DNA of 63,903 nucleotides, filler included, from Raillietiella orientalis (GCA_036172245.1; 3 parts of 3 records of this genome joined end to end with filler, not necessarily neighbours in it), one strand, 5' to 3'; positions 1-13,378 are shown, counted from the first letter of the whole stretch. The notes: a model not told the origin generated them from the letters alone. Made by a program: numbers and translations.

Positions 1-205
1 GCACCGAACTTGGGATCCCCATCACGGAAGGCAGGACTTCCTTGCCACCGATGGACAACGGAGTACGGAGAAGACGCTGCACAAGTGCCGCGTTTTTACA
101 CCGTATCTTGGTGTATTCCATCCTGCCCGCAGGCATTTTCGCAAGGAGCTCCTCCTCCCGGACGCCGATCTGGACTAGATCATCGTTGAGCTCACGCCCG
201 GTCCT
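1..205 (-). mobile_element. Fragment of family E non-LTR retrotransposon ORF1
   Basis: Clearly similar to ~56300-56492 (e.g. GTACGGAGAAGxCGCTGCACAAGTGC...TATTCCATCCTGCC), which lies in the CCHC ORF1 at 55743-56534. Confidence 0.75.
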
Positions 206-2638
206 CGTTCGGTAAAGGTGCGACTTCTCCCTAAGGGAGGAGATCTGAGGAGCATAAACTGTCGTTCCATGACAATAGTGAATGCAAACGTCAAGTTGCT
301 AGCTAAGGTGTGAGCAGAGAGGTTGAGACCGGTTGCCAACATCTTCATCAGCCCGGAACAGACATATGCTGTTCTTGGGCGAAGCATAGAGGCGAACCTT
401 TTCTACGCTTGCACCTGGGTAGATCTCCGACAAGAAAGAAGCTTGGAGCGCAGCCGGAATTCCGGTGCGTGCGCCGGCAAGTAATTGGATAGTCGGGTGG
501 GGGAGGCAGCCCTTGCGGGCGCAATCGACTTGCGGAAAGCATTCGATTGCGTCGACCTGAATCTCCTTCTGGAGCTTCTGGAACGCTTGGGCTTCCCGGC
601 CTCATTAGTGGCCTATCTGCGCTTCTGCTGGCGCGACGCGCTCATCAACGTTACTTTCAGCGGGCAGACCGTGCACGGCATACCGTTGCGACGCGGCATA
701 CGGCAGGGAGACAGCCTAAGTCCCTTTCTCTTCAGTACCTACTTCGAGCTGATACTGAGAGCGTACAGGGTAACTCTAGCGCCCCTGCCGCGCGACTTTC
801 CCGGTATGCCCGCTCTGTCAGCATATGCCGACGACCTACTGCTGCTGCTCCCTATGTCCACCCCGGCATCGGCGGTCGAGGAGTACTTCGACCTGCTGCA
901 TCGGGAAACAGGACTTACGGTGAACAGTGTGAAGTCGTTCGTGATGCCAGCTGGTGCGGCGTGGGCAGGGCAGCAGGACTGGGTCCGTTTGGGGATTTCT
1001 ACGGTGAGGTACTTCCAGTACCTCGGCGTACCGATGGGGGATTATCTTCCTTCGGATGCGTGGTCCAGCTGCCTTCAAAAGGTAGAGACGGCGATCGGCT
1101 CGTTCCGAGGCCGCAGGTCTTTCCTGCCTAAACGAGCCGCGGTTTGGAATATGTTCGCGGCTCCTGTTCTCCGCCCCCTGCTTTTGTTTGCCCCCTCACA
1201 GAGAGGATTAAAAAGCGGACAAAGGACCTCCTCCGTATCGCCCTTTGGGACAACCGGAGTGCCCGAGTACGCGTAAAGGACTTGTGCGCTCCTTGTCGGG
1301 ACGGTGACCTGGGCCTCCTGACGCTGGAGCGGCTGGAGCTTCAGCTCCAGTTCCAAATGTCGGCACTTGTTCAAGAGTTGTGGTGCACCTGTTGGTGGGT
1401 CCGTGCACGTCTCCTTCTCCAGCAAGCCACCGGCAAGACAGGACTGACGTCGTTTCTTGCACTCCGTCGCCGCGTCAACCGATGCGGACTCCAGCTACGG
1501 AGGGTGGCTGCGCTGTAACGGAAAAACCCAGGATTGGTCACCTGTCTCCCTTTGAACGGTAGTGCCTGGTTGCAGGAAGCTGTTCGAACGTGGGGACAGT
1601 TCGGCATGCAACGCTCTTAACAGGAACGAAGGTTCCTGTTTAGGGGTTACAGAAGTTGCACGCTTCGCTAGATCCTGGAGGATCCAAAGAAGAGAGCGTG
1701 GGCAGGAAGAACCCCCCTCGCTGCTGCGCTACCCTCCCTGATGGAAGATCTAAACAGCGATGTTGCGGCGAAGTGGGAGGTTTCACTTACAATCTCCGGG
1801 AAGGAGAAGAAGATAGGAGAGTGTTATACGGGTCAGTTAACAGACGCTGCGTCCATGAGTACGTCTCCCAATGGACTTCTGCGCTGGGGCGCGCTGCTCG
1901 AAGTTCCCATTGAACATCTGAAGTGTTCCCCGGTGCTCATGAACACTTCCGCCCTACTCTTAAAATGGCAGGAGTCGGCTCTCCTGTTGCAGCACTGGGG
2001 ACTCCCATGCAACGCCCGCCGACACCACTGGACCTGGGGAGCGGTGGACCCCAATTGCGTCAGGTGTGGGGAACGGCATTCCCTCCCCCACCTGCTTGTG
2101 GATTGTGTTGCCCTTCGGCCCGTTTGGTTTCGCTTTGCCGCGGCCATCGGTATCCCCTGCGGCAACTTCAGAGACGCTCTGAAAGCTCTCTTCGTTGCCT
2201 ACGCCCTTCGGCCTGCGGCCTCGTTGGCAGCTTTGTGCTGCCTACGCGGGCTCGTGACCGCCTGGAGCAAGGCTACGGGGGGAAAACGCGTCCAGGGTGC
2301 CATCCAGCCAGCCTATTAGTTCCTGAGGAGGGCGTTCTTATGGCCTAACCTGGATCCAGGAATACAGAAGGAGCTTGCCGGCATCCTTCAAAGGATGCAA
2401 CGGCCCCACCAGCAACTGTGATCCCTTCCCTTACCCTCCCAACTTTTCTTTTCTTTTTTGTACTGTTTTTTGTTTTTCTTCCTTCCCCATGCTGCCGTGG
2501 TGGACCGTACCGGTCTGTGAACCGGTGACCCGGCAGGCTCTGTGTTTCTTCGTGCGTGGCTGGAGCAATGGTCCAGCCACTGCACGTCATTGTAAATGTT
2601 TATTAAACAATACACGCCTTGGCGAAATCAAAGTGGAA
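206..2638 (+). mobile_element. Tx1-like non-LTR retrotransposon, family A, 3' half (RT + CCHC + 3'UTR), degenerate
   Basis: RT motifs IDLRKAFD, GIRQGDSLSP, YADD and YLG (485-1276); CVRCGERHSLPHLLVDC (1741-2319); stops and frameshifts; ends in a degenerate hairpin terminus abutting ATCGAACGC at 2639. Confidence 0.92.
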
Positions 2639-5600
2639 ATCGAACGCTTTATGAAGATCAATTGCGATCACTAGGGCACCCTTACCCGTTCGGCTCTCCC
2701 CACTTTGACCAGCGCTCACCCTTTAATTGGGGTAGCCGAGAGATCTCTTGCGTTCTTTATTTCCTTGTTGCGCATGGAACCATGTGCTGGCGAGGAACAG
2801 GTTAGCCTCCATACTTCGCACGGGAACAGCGTATGTCTGTTCCGGGCTAATTATGGATTCGGCTAACTGTCCGAGCCGCGCAGCCCACAGTTTCGCCACC
2901 AACTTGACGTCCGTATTCACGACAGTGATCGGTTAGCTTACGGAGGTCTCCTCCCTTAGGAAGGAGCCTCATCCTAGCTGACCGGAACGAGACGGGAACA
3001 TCGCCTTCTTTCCGCATCAGCTGTGTCGATCTGTGCACCAAAGGGGTTTACTCTGCCGCGAAGCCTTAAAAAAACTCCGCGGGCAGGCCGTCCTTCCCTA
3101 GTTCCTTCCTCCTCTTGAGCCCTTTCATCGCGGTGACGATTTTACCGGTTGTAAAAGGCTCGTCGAGGCTTTCCTTCTCTTCCTCTCCTATGACCGGGGC
3201 TCCTTCCGGGAGCAACAGTCGCGAGGCGTCCTGCTCGGAAGGCCCCCTTTCATACAGGGAGGAATAAAATTTTCTCATAATGTGTCGAATCGCTGACGGG
3301 GCCGAGTGTTCGCGGTCTTGGTCGTCCAGCAGGGTGGGCGGCCCGGACTGCCAAGCTTGGCGCTCAGCCCCGGCTCGGTAGTCGGCCAGGCGACGGACGT
3401 TGGGGGTTCTCGCGTAACGACGTGCGTATAGAATAGCATTTTCGTTGCGAGTCCCTTCCTTCAACCCGGAAGGTAGGCGTCCCAGGGGAAACTCCTCACA
3501 GAACTCGCGGTCCGAACGCTCGAAAACGTCCCAATCCTCGAGATTCCGGTGGGTGACGCCTCTCAGGAATTGGCGAAGATGATCCGCCTCACCTGGGAGC
3601 CTCGTCCAATCTCCCGGTAGACGCCACGCCCTGGATGGGGGTCCCTTATTGCGTGGCCAGACATCGATCATCAGACGGAAATGGTCGGACAGCGTCGACA
3701 GGAGCCTTCCTCGTATACCGACACGAGTAGACATGTCGTGGTCGAGGAAGACGTGGTAGATGCTGTTCTCCATTCCCGGGTGTCCCTCCATCAAGTTGCG
3801 CGCGCGCATGGCGGAGCACAACTCGATCGGCACGTTGTTTTGAGTGCAGCACGCACCTGAGAGCAAGCAGATGTTAAAGTCCCCGGCTATCAGGTGGGCC
3901 TTGCGCACTCCTGCATCCGTCAGCCAGTCGCGCTTCAGGTACTGGAAGAACTGAGTTCTTCCTGAGTACCCTTTGCTGCCGCTCGGAGCATACACGTTCG
4001 TAACGATGAGATCGATCGTGTCAGACCAGCATAGTCATCTGTCCAACACGACCGTTGTCATCGAAGCGTACGTTCCTCACGGAGGCGTCGACGGCTGGCT
4101 TCAGGAAGAACGCGACACCGCAGGTGTTACGATCGCCGCATCGCCAATACAACCGAACCCCTGCGATCCTCTCGATCTCCTCGACTTCTCTTGCAGTGAT
4201 CACGTGGATCTCCTGCAAAAGCGCCAGGTCGAATTCTAGCAGGGTGTCAGCTGTATCTAGCCTGTTGCCGTCGTTGCGCAGCCCGTTGACATTCCAACAG
4301 GCGACGCGGATCCTTCGGCGACAGGCGAGCCCAGGGGTTATTCCTGAGAACGTGGCAGTGCGGTTCCCGCCACCTTATCGGGCGGGACGGATGGAGGAGG
4401 GGGTGCATCGAGCACCAGTTCTTCCTCCTCCATCGAGGCCGATTCGGATACAGGCCTCATCGCGGTGGGCAGGCAGGTATTTCCTACCTGCGCTTCCTCC
4501 TACATGAGGTCCAATTCGCCGGCTGGGACGGTCGGTGGAAGTGGGAGGTTGTCACCTACCTGCTCCCCCTCCTCCATCGGGGTTGACAGCTGCTCGGTCG
4601 CGGGGAGTGGAATATTAGCTCCCTCGTTACCGCGCTGTCGGCTCCCCCCCCGGCTGCCGGTGCGTCCTCATCCTCGTTCTTTGTCGGGAGTCGCTTTCTA
4701 GGATTCTTGGACTTGCGTTCCGTCTTCTTTGGAGGCGCCTTCGCGGAGAAGGACGCACTACAGGCATCCGGATCAGTATCACCTTCTTCAGGTGACTTCA
4801 CCGCGGCCGGCCTTCTCAAGGCTTTTCGCGCGGGGATCTCGTGGCCGACAAGTGCAGCCTTGAGCTCTTCCGCCGCCTGCTCGAGGGCGGCGTCCTCGAT
4901 TACGGACAGCGCGTCGTAAGGCTCCACCTCTGTTGTCAGAGAGGGTTCTCCTTCGGTGATCGCGGCTTCCACGCAAACGAGGCGGGGGATGTCTCCCCCG
5001 GTGGTGACCTCTAAGGCCTCCACTCCCTTCAAAGTGACCGAGCTTCCGCGGAGTAGTGCCCGGCGCTCTCTCCTATTCAGAGGTTTCTCCGCTGGCTCCG
5101 CTTTCGTGGCTACGGTTTTCTTTGGTTTCTTTTGCTTCACCGTCCGCCAGCCTTCCTCATCAGCGCCGTCGGGAGTTTTCTCGACCGGCGTTTGCTGTGA
5201 GGTTTCGAGGTCTGGCTTCTGGCTACGCCTTGCTGTAGCCTCCTTTGGATCCGAAGTTTTATCCGCGCGTGTCCCCTGAGCTTTCTTCAAAGCGGGGCGA
5301 CCCAAAGTTACGCGCTTTGGGCACACTTTCCGGAGGTGGCCCCTTTCTCCGCACGAGAAACACTAGATGTGGGGGCACCGTTTTTTCAGATGCCCTGTCG
5401 CATCGCAGTGTCCACAGAACTTGGGTTTCCCCACGTACCAGATATCGACCTTTTCGTTCGCGACGTCTAGCTTGTGGGGTGACGAACCGTTCTCATGCAC
5501 GGTTACACGCGCTGCGGCCATGACACTAAACAGCGTTCCATAGGACTGTAAGACGTTGGGCTTGCTCCAAAGCGCGTGAACCGTGCCGAACTTCCTGAGT

Positions 5601-6234
5601 TCCTCCTACACGCCCTTCGTCGACATGCGGAGGGTAACTCCCGTGAGGTGTGTCACTACCGAGCGGTCCTCAGTTACAGGGAAGAGCTTTCTGCCTTCCA
5701 GCGTAATGGGGGTGTTTAGCAGGCGTCGAGCCAGGCTTGCATCCTTACAAGTCAACTCCACCCGCTGACCACCGCTTAACACTGAAAGACCTTCCAACTC
5801 TTCTTTTTTAACATTAAGCCGCTGCAACGCCCTCTCAAAGTTGCGAGCGGTATTTCCAACAAAGATATTGCACCTTATAGATGAGGTACGCCTTGTACCC
5901 TTGTTCTTTATAGGCTCTTTGTTCGGCCAAGGCATCAGCGGATAGTGCTGCAGCCACTGCGCTTTAAGTCCTCATCGTTGCCGAGGATGGCTCCGAGGAC
6001 ACGCTTGCACGCTTTTTCAAGGAAAACGATGACCTCGCCTCTGTGTAGGCAATCGCCCGCTCCACCATGGGTTGGGGAAAGGCACTAGACTCTCCTACTC
6101 CAATCTCCATCGCGATGTCCGCTGGCATTTCTGCCATGGGACACCGACGATGGGCCACACACTCTCTCAAACGGAAAGAAATGAAGGAGACTTCCCAAGC
6201 TGAAGCGGTAAAAGTGCAGGATAAACACGTCCGA
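2639..6234 (-). mobile_element. Tx1-like element, family C, 5' part (ORF1, APE endonuclease, RT start), cut at the RT AFD motif
   Basis: ORF1 fragments 4556-6140; EN motifs WNVNG, QEIH, YAPS, AGDFN and SDH; RT runs to VIAIDLHKAFD at 2671-2639; 5' GGACGTG at 6232-6226. Confidence 0.9.
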
Positions 6235-9200
6235 ACAGTTCGACGAGAAAAGTCGTGTGGGCCAACTTGTCCTCAAGTGGTCCGAATCGATCGAACTGGT
6301 CGTAACGAACATCTACGCGCCTAGCGGCGGCCGGCATAACGCCCAGCGACTCGCATTCCTGGGTGGCCTGCGCAGCCGCTGACTCGCCGACTCCGGCTTT
6401 AACGTGGCGCACCTCCTTGCAGGAAACTTAAACGTCCACCTGCTAGCAGAGGAGAGATGCCGCTTGAGGGAGAAGCAACTGGTGAGCGAGGTTGCGCGTC
6501 CGTGCGCGTGCAAAACCTGCTTACTGGTGCGCCCGGGGTGGAGAGATCGCCGGACCATGCGTTCCTCGATGAACACCTGCTTTCACGAGTAGGTCGGAGA
6601 AGGCGCCTGCTGTCCGCGATTTCGGATCATCCGAGACGGGACTCCGAGCTCCTCCCGCCTGACAAAGGGCTTCCAATGAATGTCTGGAGGTTGCCAGCCG
6701 ACTGGATTAGCAATTCGGAGGCTGCGGAGCATTTCCTTCATCACCTCCGGGGCTTCGTCATCCGTGAACTCGAGGACTGGGACGATCTGAAAAAAACGGT
6801 CCGCGAGTTCTGCTGCCCTTTCCCCTTGCACCTGCTTCCCTGCGGCTTCAAGAAGGGTGTCACGAATAGCAGATCCTTTCTGCAGGCGCGAACCTTCTCT
6901 CGATGCCCAAACGTCCGGCGTTTGGCGGAGTACAAGGCCAGAGCCGAGCGCCAGGTTTGACACTCTAGAGCGGCTTGTCTGCTCGATCACGCTGGCCAGG
7001 AATGCTCGGCTGCAGCCGACGTACACCGCGTAGTCAAGCTTTTCTACTCCTCGTTGCACGCGGAGGAGCTCAAGGAACGCAGTCTCTCCGAGCTGCTTCT
7101 TCTGACGGGTAACCCTGCAATCGACGAGGAGGAAAGCGCCAGTTTGGATTGGCCCTTCACGGCGGAAGCAGTATCTTCCGCCATAGAGGGCCTGAAGAGG
7201 CGTGAGGCGCCTGGGGAGGATGGCCTGCCCGCGGAGTTCTTTCAGTGCTTCGCGGAGGAGCTCGTCATCCTGGCGCTAAGCCTTTCCTCGCTGATGCGTG
7301 AGACGGGAGATGTTCCCGCTTCTTTCCGCGCAGCAAAGGTGCGTCTCCTGCCGAAAGGTGGTGATTTGCGCCACCTCAGGAACTGGCGTCCGATCACCTT
7401 GGTGAATTCGGACGTCAAGTTGTTCTCCAAGCTATGGGTAGCGCGCCTGGGGAGAATCGCGGAGTCCTTGGTAAGTCCGGAGCAGAGGTATGCTGTTCCG
7501 GGGCGGGCCATGGACGCGAATCTCTTCTTCGCGCGAACATAGTTCGAGTTGCAGCAGCGCGTGGCGCAGCAGAGCCAGGCAGCCGAAATCGCCGCTGCCA
7601 AAAGTAAGCGGCGGTGTTCAAGGCACGATGGAACGACGGGGGCCTTAGCGGTCGCCGTCGATCTCTGGATAGCGTTTGACAGCGTAAACCAGCACCTCCT
7701 TCTGGAGCTTCTGGGACGCTTGGGCCTCCCGATGCACCTCATCTCTAACTTGCGCTCCTGCTGGCGCCACGCGTTATGCTGTATCTCTTTTAGCGGGCGC
7801 CACGTGTACGCCGTTCCCATGCGGCGGGGTATCAGGCAGGGAGACAGCTCAAGCCCCCTGCTCTTCAGCATCTTCTTTGAGTTACTGCTGAGGGCGTACA
7901 GGCTGACGCTGGCCAACCTGCCGAGCTCCTGTCCGGGAACTTCGGCCGTGGCCGCCTATGCTGACGGCCTTCTCCCGCTGCTGCCCATGTCCACCCCGGC
8001 GTCCAGACTCGAAGACTCCTTCGAGCTCATTCGTAGGGGAGCGGGCCTGAGCGTCAACAAGAGGAAATCAACCGTTGTACCGGTTGGCTCTACGTGGGAG
8101 CGGCAGTCCGACTGGATTTCCCTGGGGATCCCCACGGGCAGGTGCTTGAAGTACCTTGGCGTTCCCTTGGGCGCCTTCTGTGCATCAAAAGCGTGGTCGG
8201 ACTGCCTTCACAAGGCCGAGACTGCTCTGGGTCCGTTCCAACGCGGCAAGTTCCGTCTGTCGGAACGGGCCTTCGTGTGGAACATTTTCGTTGCCCCTTT
8301 CCTCCGTCCCCTCTTTTTTGTTTGTCCCCCTCCCTACTCGGCTAAGCGTCGGGCGCAACGACTGTTGCCAAACGCCTTGTGTTGACCGGCGAGGTCCAGG
8401 TTACGCCTCAAGGACTTGGGGGCTCCTCGGCGGGATGCAGGATTGGGCATCCTGACGCTGAAGCGGATCGGACTGCTAGTGGAGTTCCGCATGCTGGCAC
8501 ATTGCGCCCAGCTCTGGACTACTCCCTAATGTGCTCCAGCGCGGCTGCTGCTGCGGCGCTGCACGGGTGGCGACGGACTGCGTTCGTTGCACCTGCGCAG
8601 GGAGTGCGCTCAGAGAGGATTCGGCTTCCCAGTGAAGATGCTCTCCTCGCTTCTGGGAAAGCATGCTTGGATCTCCTGCCGGCCGACGAACCTCATCTCC
8701 TGCAGACTGGAAGCCTTATCGTCCTGGGCAGCGCAACAGGATGTGTCCCGTTTGGAGCTCCGTTGCGTGAACCTTTCCCCATACTGTCCAGTGGGTGAGG
8801 TGCTTGAAGACCAGGACCAGTGGACACGCCTAGCCGCCACGCCCCTCGCTGAAGCACTGTCTGCATTGATGGTGCGAGACGACAGTGACCTGCCGGCGAG
8901 GTGGGAGGTCGCTTCAGAAATCGCAGGCGAAACCCGACTTCTGGGCGGCAGGAGGACTTGCGAGCTGGCAGACGCTGCCACGCCTCGCCTTCGTGTTAAG
9001 GGACTTTTCCTGTGGAGTGAGCTCCTCGGGGTGCCCATCGAAGAACTTGTTATCCCTTCTGCGTGTTTGGACGCGACTGTCTTCCCCCTTCGGTGGAAAC
9101 AGGACGCTTTTCTGCTGGTGCATTGGGGTTTGTACTTCAACCAGCGGGTGCACCTGATTTCCGGGGGAGTTGCTTCCCCGAACTGTGCCGAATGCGGAGC

Positions 9201-9738
9201 GGTGGAATCGCTTCCGCATTTGCTGTTTGAGTGGGGTGCCCTCCAGGCGCTGTGGCGGCGGCTGTCATCAGCGCTCCTGCACCTTGGACACTCCGCACTG
9301 GATTGGATGCGTCGCTTCTAAACGCGTGGCGGTCTTTCTCTTGGAGCGGTCGTCGCAATCATCTTCTGCGTCCGCGCCATTGTCAGGGCCCGCCACTTAT
9401 TGCAGATGCGAGCGGTCCCAACATTGGTCCCCGACAGCGCAACCTGCTACCTGCAAATGGCTGCCGGGTGGCCACATCTGCGAGCATAAGTGAGGACGGA
9501 GATCGGCGGCATTCACCGCCGGTTCTGAGAATAGGAACGGTTAAACTGCATACCACTGTCCTCGCCCTTCCACCCTATTTATTTATTTATTGTACCCCCT
9601 TCTCCCGTTCCGAACTCTCAGTGTGCCCGGCCTACGTTCCGGAAAATCTACACCCCATCTTCTGTTCCCCTTCATGGGAACCCAATTTCAAGAAGATTTG
9701 ATTGTATTATTAAACGCCTCGGCGCAACCTGGTAATAA
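6235..9738 (+). mobile_element. Tx1-like element, family D, from mid-EN to 3' end, degenerate
   Basis: NIYAPSG, SDH, APGEDGLP, WRPITLVN, GIRQGDSSSP, YADG, YLG and CAECGAVESLPH motifs; 3' hairpin terminus 9709-9738. Confidence 0.9.
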
Positions 9739-10892
9739 ACAACGACGCTGTATTCTATGATTATCGCGCTTTCCTGGTCTTACTTCTTCTATTGGCAGGC
9801 GATTTTTTTCTCTAGCCTTCTGTCCTTCGATTTTTTGCCTGTTGCCACCTTCCATTCAGGCTCCTGACCGTTTCCCTCGACCTTTCCGGCGGTGTTTTCC
9901 GGGGTCTCGGGTGCGGATTGGGCCTTGGGCGCGAGTGGCACAGCCTTCGCGGCAGCTTTCGCTGCCAGCCCTTTTTGTATCAGGAGGGCGCGGTTTATGG
10001 ATTCCCCGCGGAAACCACGCGCACAGGGGCTTGTGGGCACACTTTCCTCCTGTTGCCCATTGTACCGCATACATGTCACTGTACGTTGGGGCACCTCTGT
10101 TTTAGGTATCGTGACCTATGGCAGAGGTCACAGTATTTCGGCTTTGCACACACCAGAGTTCGATAGTTTTGCCGCCGACTACCAGTTTGTGAGGAAGAGA
10201 ACTCCCTTCTGGGACGGTCATGCGTGAGGCTGCGAGACCTTATTGCATTCCGGTGTAGTGCTCGGAAGGACTAGGCTTGGTCGACATTGCATACGCGTCT
10301 CGTGTTCTTCCAACGCGTCGCGTACTTGTTATTACCGCATTCCCGCGGTGACTGCAAACAGTTGGATCACCATGCTGCTGTCCACCGTAATGGGTACAAT
10401 TCCGCGTTTAGCAATCTCTAGGATGGTTTTCAGCACACTTTGATACAGATCTGCCTGTTTGCAGATCAGCTCTACCTACTGCTCCACGCTGTGGATGGTC
10501 ATCGCCTAGGGTTCTTCCTTTTGTTCGTTGAGAGCGCACATCGCCTTCCAAAAGTCGCGCCCATTGTCGGGACAATAGAGATATCGTACCTTGAAGAGTA
10601 CTGAGAGTTTATAACCCTCCTCTTCATTGGCAGATAATTTCGCCGCGGCTGCAGGCGGTGGCGCCGCCACGACGGCGCTCCACGCCCGCGCTGCAGCGAG
10701 GACCGATTCTATATGGGACGGAAGCTCCCAACTCCATCGCCTCTGGGGCGACGTTGCCGCCGTCCACGAGCACTCACTGGTGGTCGTGTCAGACACCGCT
10801 CTCTGATCGACCACCGAACCACAGAACATTTCGCTCTAAGGGGAGGGTTTCCGGCACTGAGGAGCACCAAGAATACTTGTCCAAACCTCATC
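9739..10892 (-). mobile_element. Family A-like element, 5' part (ORF1 with CCHC knuckles), cut inside ORF1
   Basis: Homologous to 52699-53890 (AAARAWSAVV, KAAAKAV, WKVATGKKSK); degenerate. Confidence 0.85.
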
Positions 10893-10906
10893 AGCTAGGC
10901 ATTCCA

Positions 10907-11070
10907 ATTTCACACAGGTTTCGCCGGGGCGTTTACTCAAACAATAAACTTCAAGAAAGACGTGCAGTGGCTGGACCATTGCTCCAGCCTCGCACGAGAA
11001 ACACATAGCCTACCAGGTCACCGGTTCGCATACCGGTACGGTACACCACGGCAGCAGGGGGAAGGGGGAA
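10907..11070 (-). mobile_element. 164-bp 5'-truncated family A-like insertion (3'UTR only) with 14-bp TSD
   Basis: Family A 3'UTR plus hairpin terminus, flanked by AGCTAGGCATTCCA (10893-10906) and AGCTAGGCATTCGA (11071-11084). Confidence 0.85.
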
Positions 11071-11300
11071 AGCTAGGCATTCGACTGCGTGAATCAGGAT
11101 CTCTCTCTGGAGATCCTAGAACGCCTCGTTCTCTCGGTTCCCTCCGTAGCCTATTTGCAAACTCGCTGGCGCCTGGCGCTGATCTCCATCTCTTTCAGCG
11201 GCTGCCACGTGTACGGCGTGCCGCTATAACGAGGTATCAGGCAATGCGACAGTTCAATTACGTTGCACTTCAGCATTTTATTTGAGATGGCTATGAGGTT
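11071..11300 (+). mobile_element. RT fragment of a family D-like host element, beginning at the AFD motif
   Basis: Reads AFDCVNQDL...SFSGCHVYGVP..RGIRQ; similar to 7670-7890. Confidence 0.75.
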
Positions 11301-11699
11301 TTTATTGCGACATTCTCTGTTACATTTTTGTCCTATATAAAGTTCAGTATTCATTACAAACTTGCGAATTTCAATTTTACTGGAGCTGGAACTCTTTGAG
11401 TACATAGTTGTTAATGGAAAGTATTTTAATTAGTCTTTTGTATCTGAGTCGTCTTTAGAGGGCTGTTAGTACTCTTACTATTGGAAATGTAGTGGAGTCT
11501 TTGAAAAGATTGTCATCTGATGGCGGATCCATGCTGGGATCTGAGAGGATTTGTGTTTCCTCTCGAGATACAGAAAATGGCTCTGTGTGTGCTTGGTCCA
11601 GGTTCTTATGGTGAAGACAACCATCAAGGTTTTCCGTCGAATAATCAGGGGGGTTGGGTCCAGAGATGTGATTGAGGTATATGTCCCTGCAGAACTTTA

Positions 11700-13367
11700 T
11701 GATTTGGATGCATAGGTGTCAGGAAATCGAGGCGATTGTTCTGTGAGAGATGCCGAGTAATTTTGAGAGTTTGTCGTTTTCGGAATCCAATGACCCAAGC
11801 ACCCCGATCACAGAGGCTTGGTTGATGGTTCATAGGTCTTGTTGCCTAAGTGCCGCTTGGATCTCCGCATATTTAAGGATTTTGCCCACTCCTCCATGCT
11901 GTAGAGATGATCGACTATTTTGAAAAAAGGATACAACGTCAATTATCACAGATGTAGACGCATTTTGTAGGAAAATGTCGGGGCGGAGAGTGTAGCTCAG
12001 CACACGTTCCGGCGATCTTTCTGAGCCACAGGCCATCGAGGGGAGAGAATCTTGTACAGTGTGTCGACATCAAAGTCATGTATTCGGGTGATCGTTGTTC
12101 CAAGTTGGATTGGACAATGACACAGAACATGGGCCAATGTTTCTTTCACACCACCACAATTTCGATATTGTTCAAAGTCACACGTTTTTTTTGATTTCCG
12201 TTAAGAAATAATTGGTTTAGCAGGGTGCGGTGTATGAAACGCCAGACTGCAAAAAGGGAATCCATCACATGAGGGTGGGAATGACATGGAGACTTGGTGG
12301 AGGGCTACACATTCGATTGTCTTCTCTTGGTCTGGTTAGGCTTGAAGTGATAATCCTTTTTGCTCTTTAAACTGAGCACGTATCGTTTGTGCTACTTGTC
12401 TACGTTGTGGGAACGATAGATTTTTAAGGTTCTCATGCTCAGGAAAGGAAATAGAGAGCGTCACATTATTATCCTCAAAGTTTTACGTTATAGATAGAGG
12501 CTACTTTGCTTCCTGTAATGCGAACCGCATCGTGTGAAATCACCAATTGGGAGATCTAAAGGAGACGAAGAGCATCCATTGAGCTATAGCGCAAACAGCA
12601 GTAGCTCGTGTGGAGCGTGAGCCTTTCTACGTACAGCATTGGAAAGGGAAGAAAAGACAAGATCGGTCACTTGGGGGTCCGAGCATGTGAACAGCTTAAA
12701 CGCACAGACAGCTATCATAGTTCGTGCTTCTTCGACGAGGAGAATTATTCCAAGGTGACCATCACGGAAACCTTCGTGAAGGTATTCGTTGGATAAGCCT
12801 TGAGTAAGCGGTAGAATAGCTTGCTTGAACGCATTCCGTATTAATTTGTCAATCTTGGCCCAAGACGATATGGGTTTTGTACCGAGCCGTAAGTCGTGTA
12901 CTGAAGACGGCAGGAAAAAGGTTTAAAATGCATCTAGTCTCTGCCATTGAGCTAACGAGAAGTCTGCAATAATTTCGAAGCGCGTAATGAACCTATCTTC
13001 GTTTCCATCACACAAGAAGTTTATAAAACCAATCGGTTTTCCTAGATAGTTATACGTATCTTCGAGGGAAAGGGACGCAATTGGTGCACCAATCACAGAC
13101 AGAGATGTATTTTGCACATGCGTTGATACGAGCCGCATCTATTGGGGATTTGTAAGTTTGCAGCACGCGTTGCATCAGCAAATGTGGAGATCGCAAGCTG
13201 TGGCTCGTCTATGGAGCTTGCTAACAGCTCAACGTCATCTGCATATGCAAGTGGAGTGATAGAGGGGTAATGGTGCTTCAGGACAGCGGTGAACAGCGGA
13301 CATTGCAATGCCTAGCAGCATCTGCCTGAGCATTTGGTGCCACTTTGATGATCACAAAGTCCACGCT
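11700..13367 (-). mobile_element. Decayed RLE-type non-LTR retrotransposon (NeSL/Utopia-like), 3' part
   Basis: LAYADD, YLGKPIGF, LAQWQRLDAF, WRFIH, RNCGGVKETLAHVLCHC, LRPDI..VIIDV (PD-D/ExK nuclease) and VIGVLGSLDSEND. Confidence 0.8.
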
Positions 13368-13378
13368 CTGTAAAGGGT

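Noticed and set aside
485..1276. RT as a bacterial retron, group II intron or DGR
   Set aside because: APE endonuclease, CCHC ORF1, TSDs and 5' truncations identify eukaryotic non-LTR elements.
11300..11700. U2 snRNA or spliced-leader target beyond the RLE element's 3' end
   Set aside because: No U2 or SL sequence recognised by eye.
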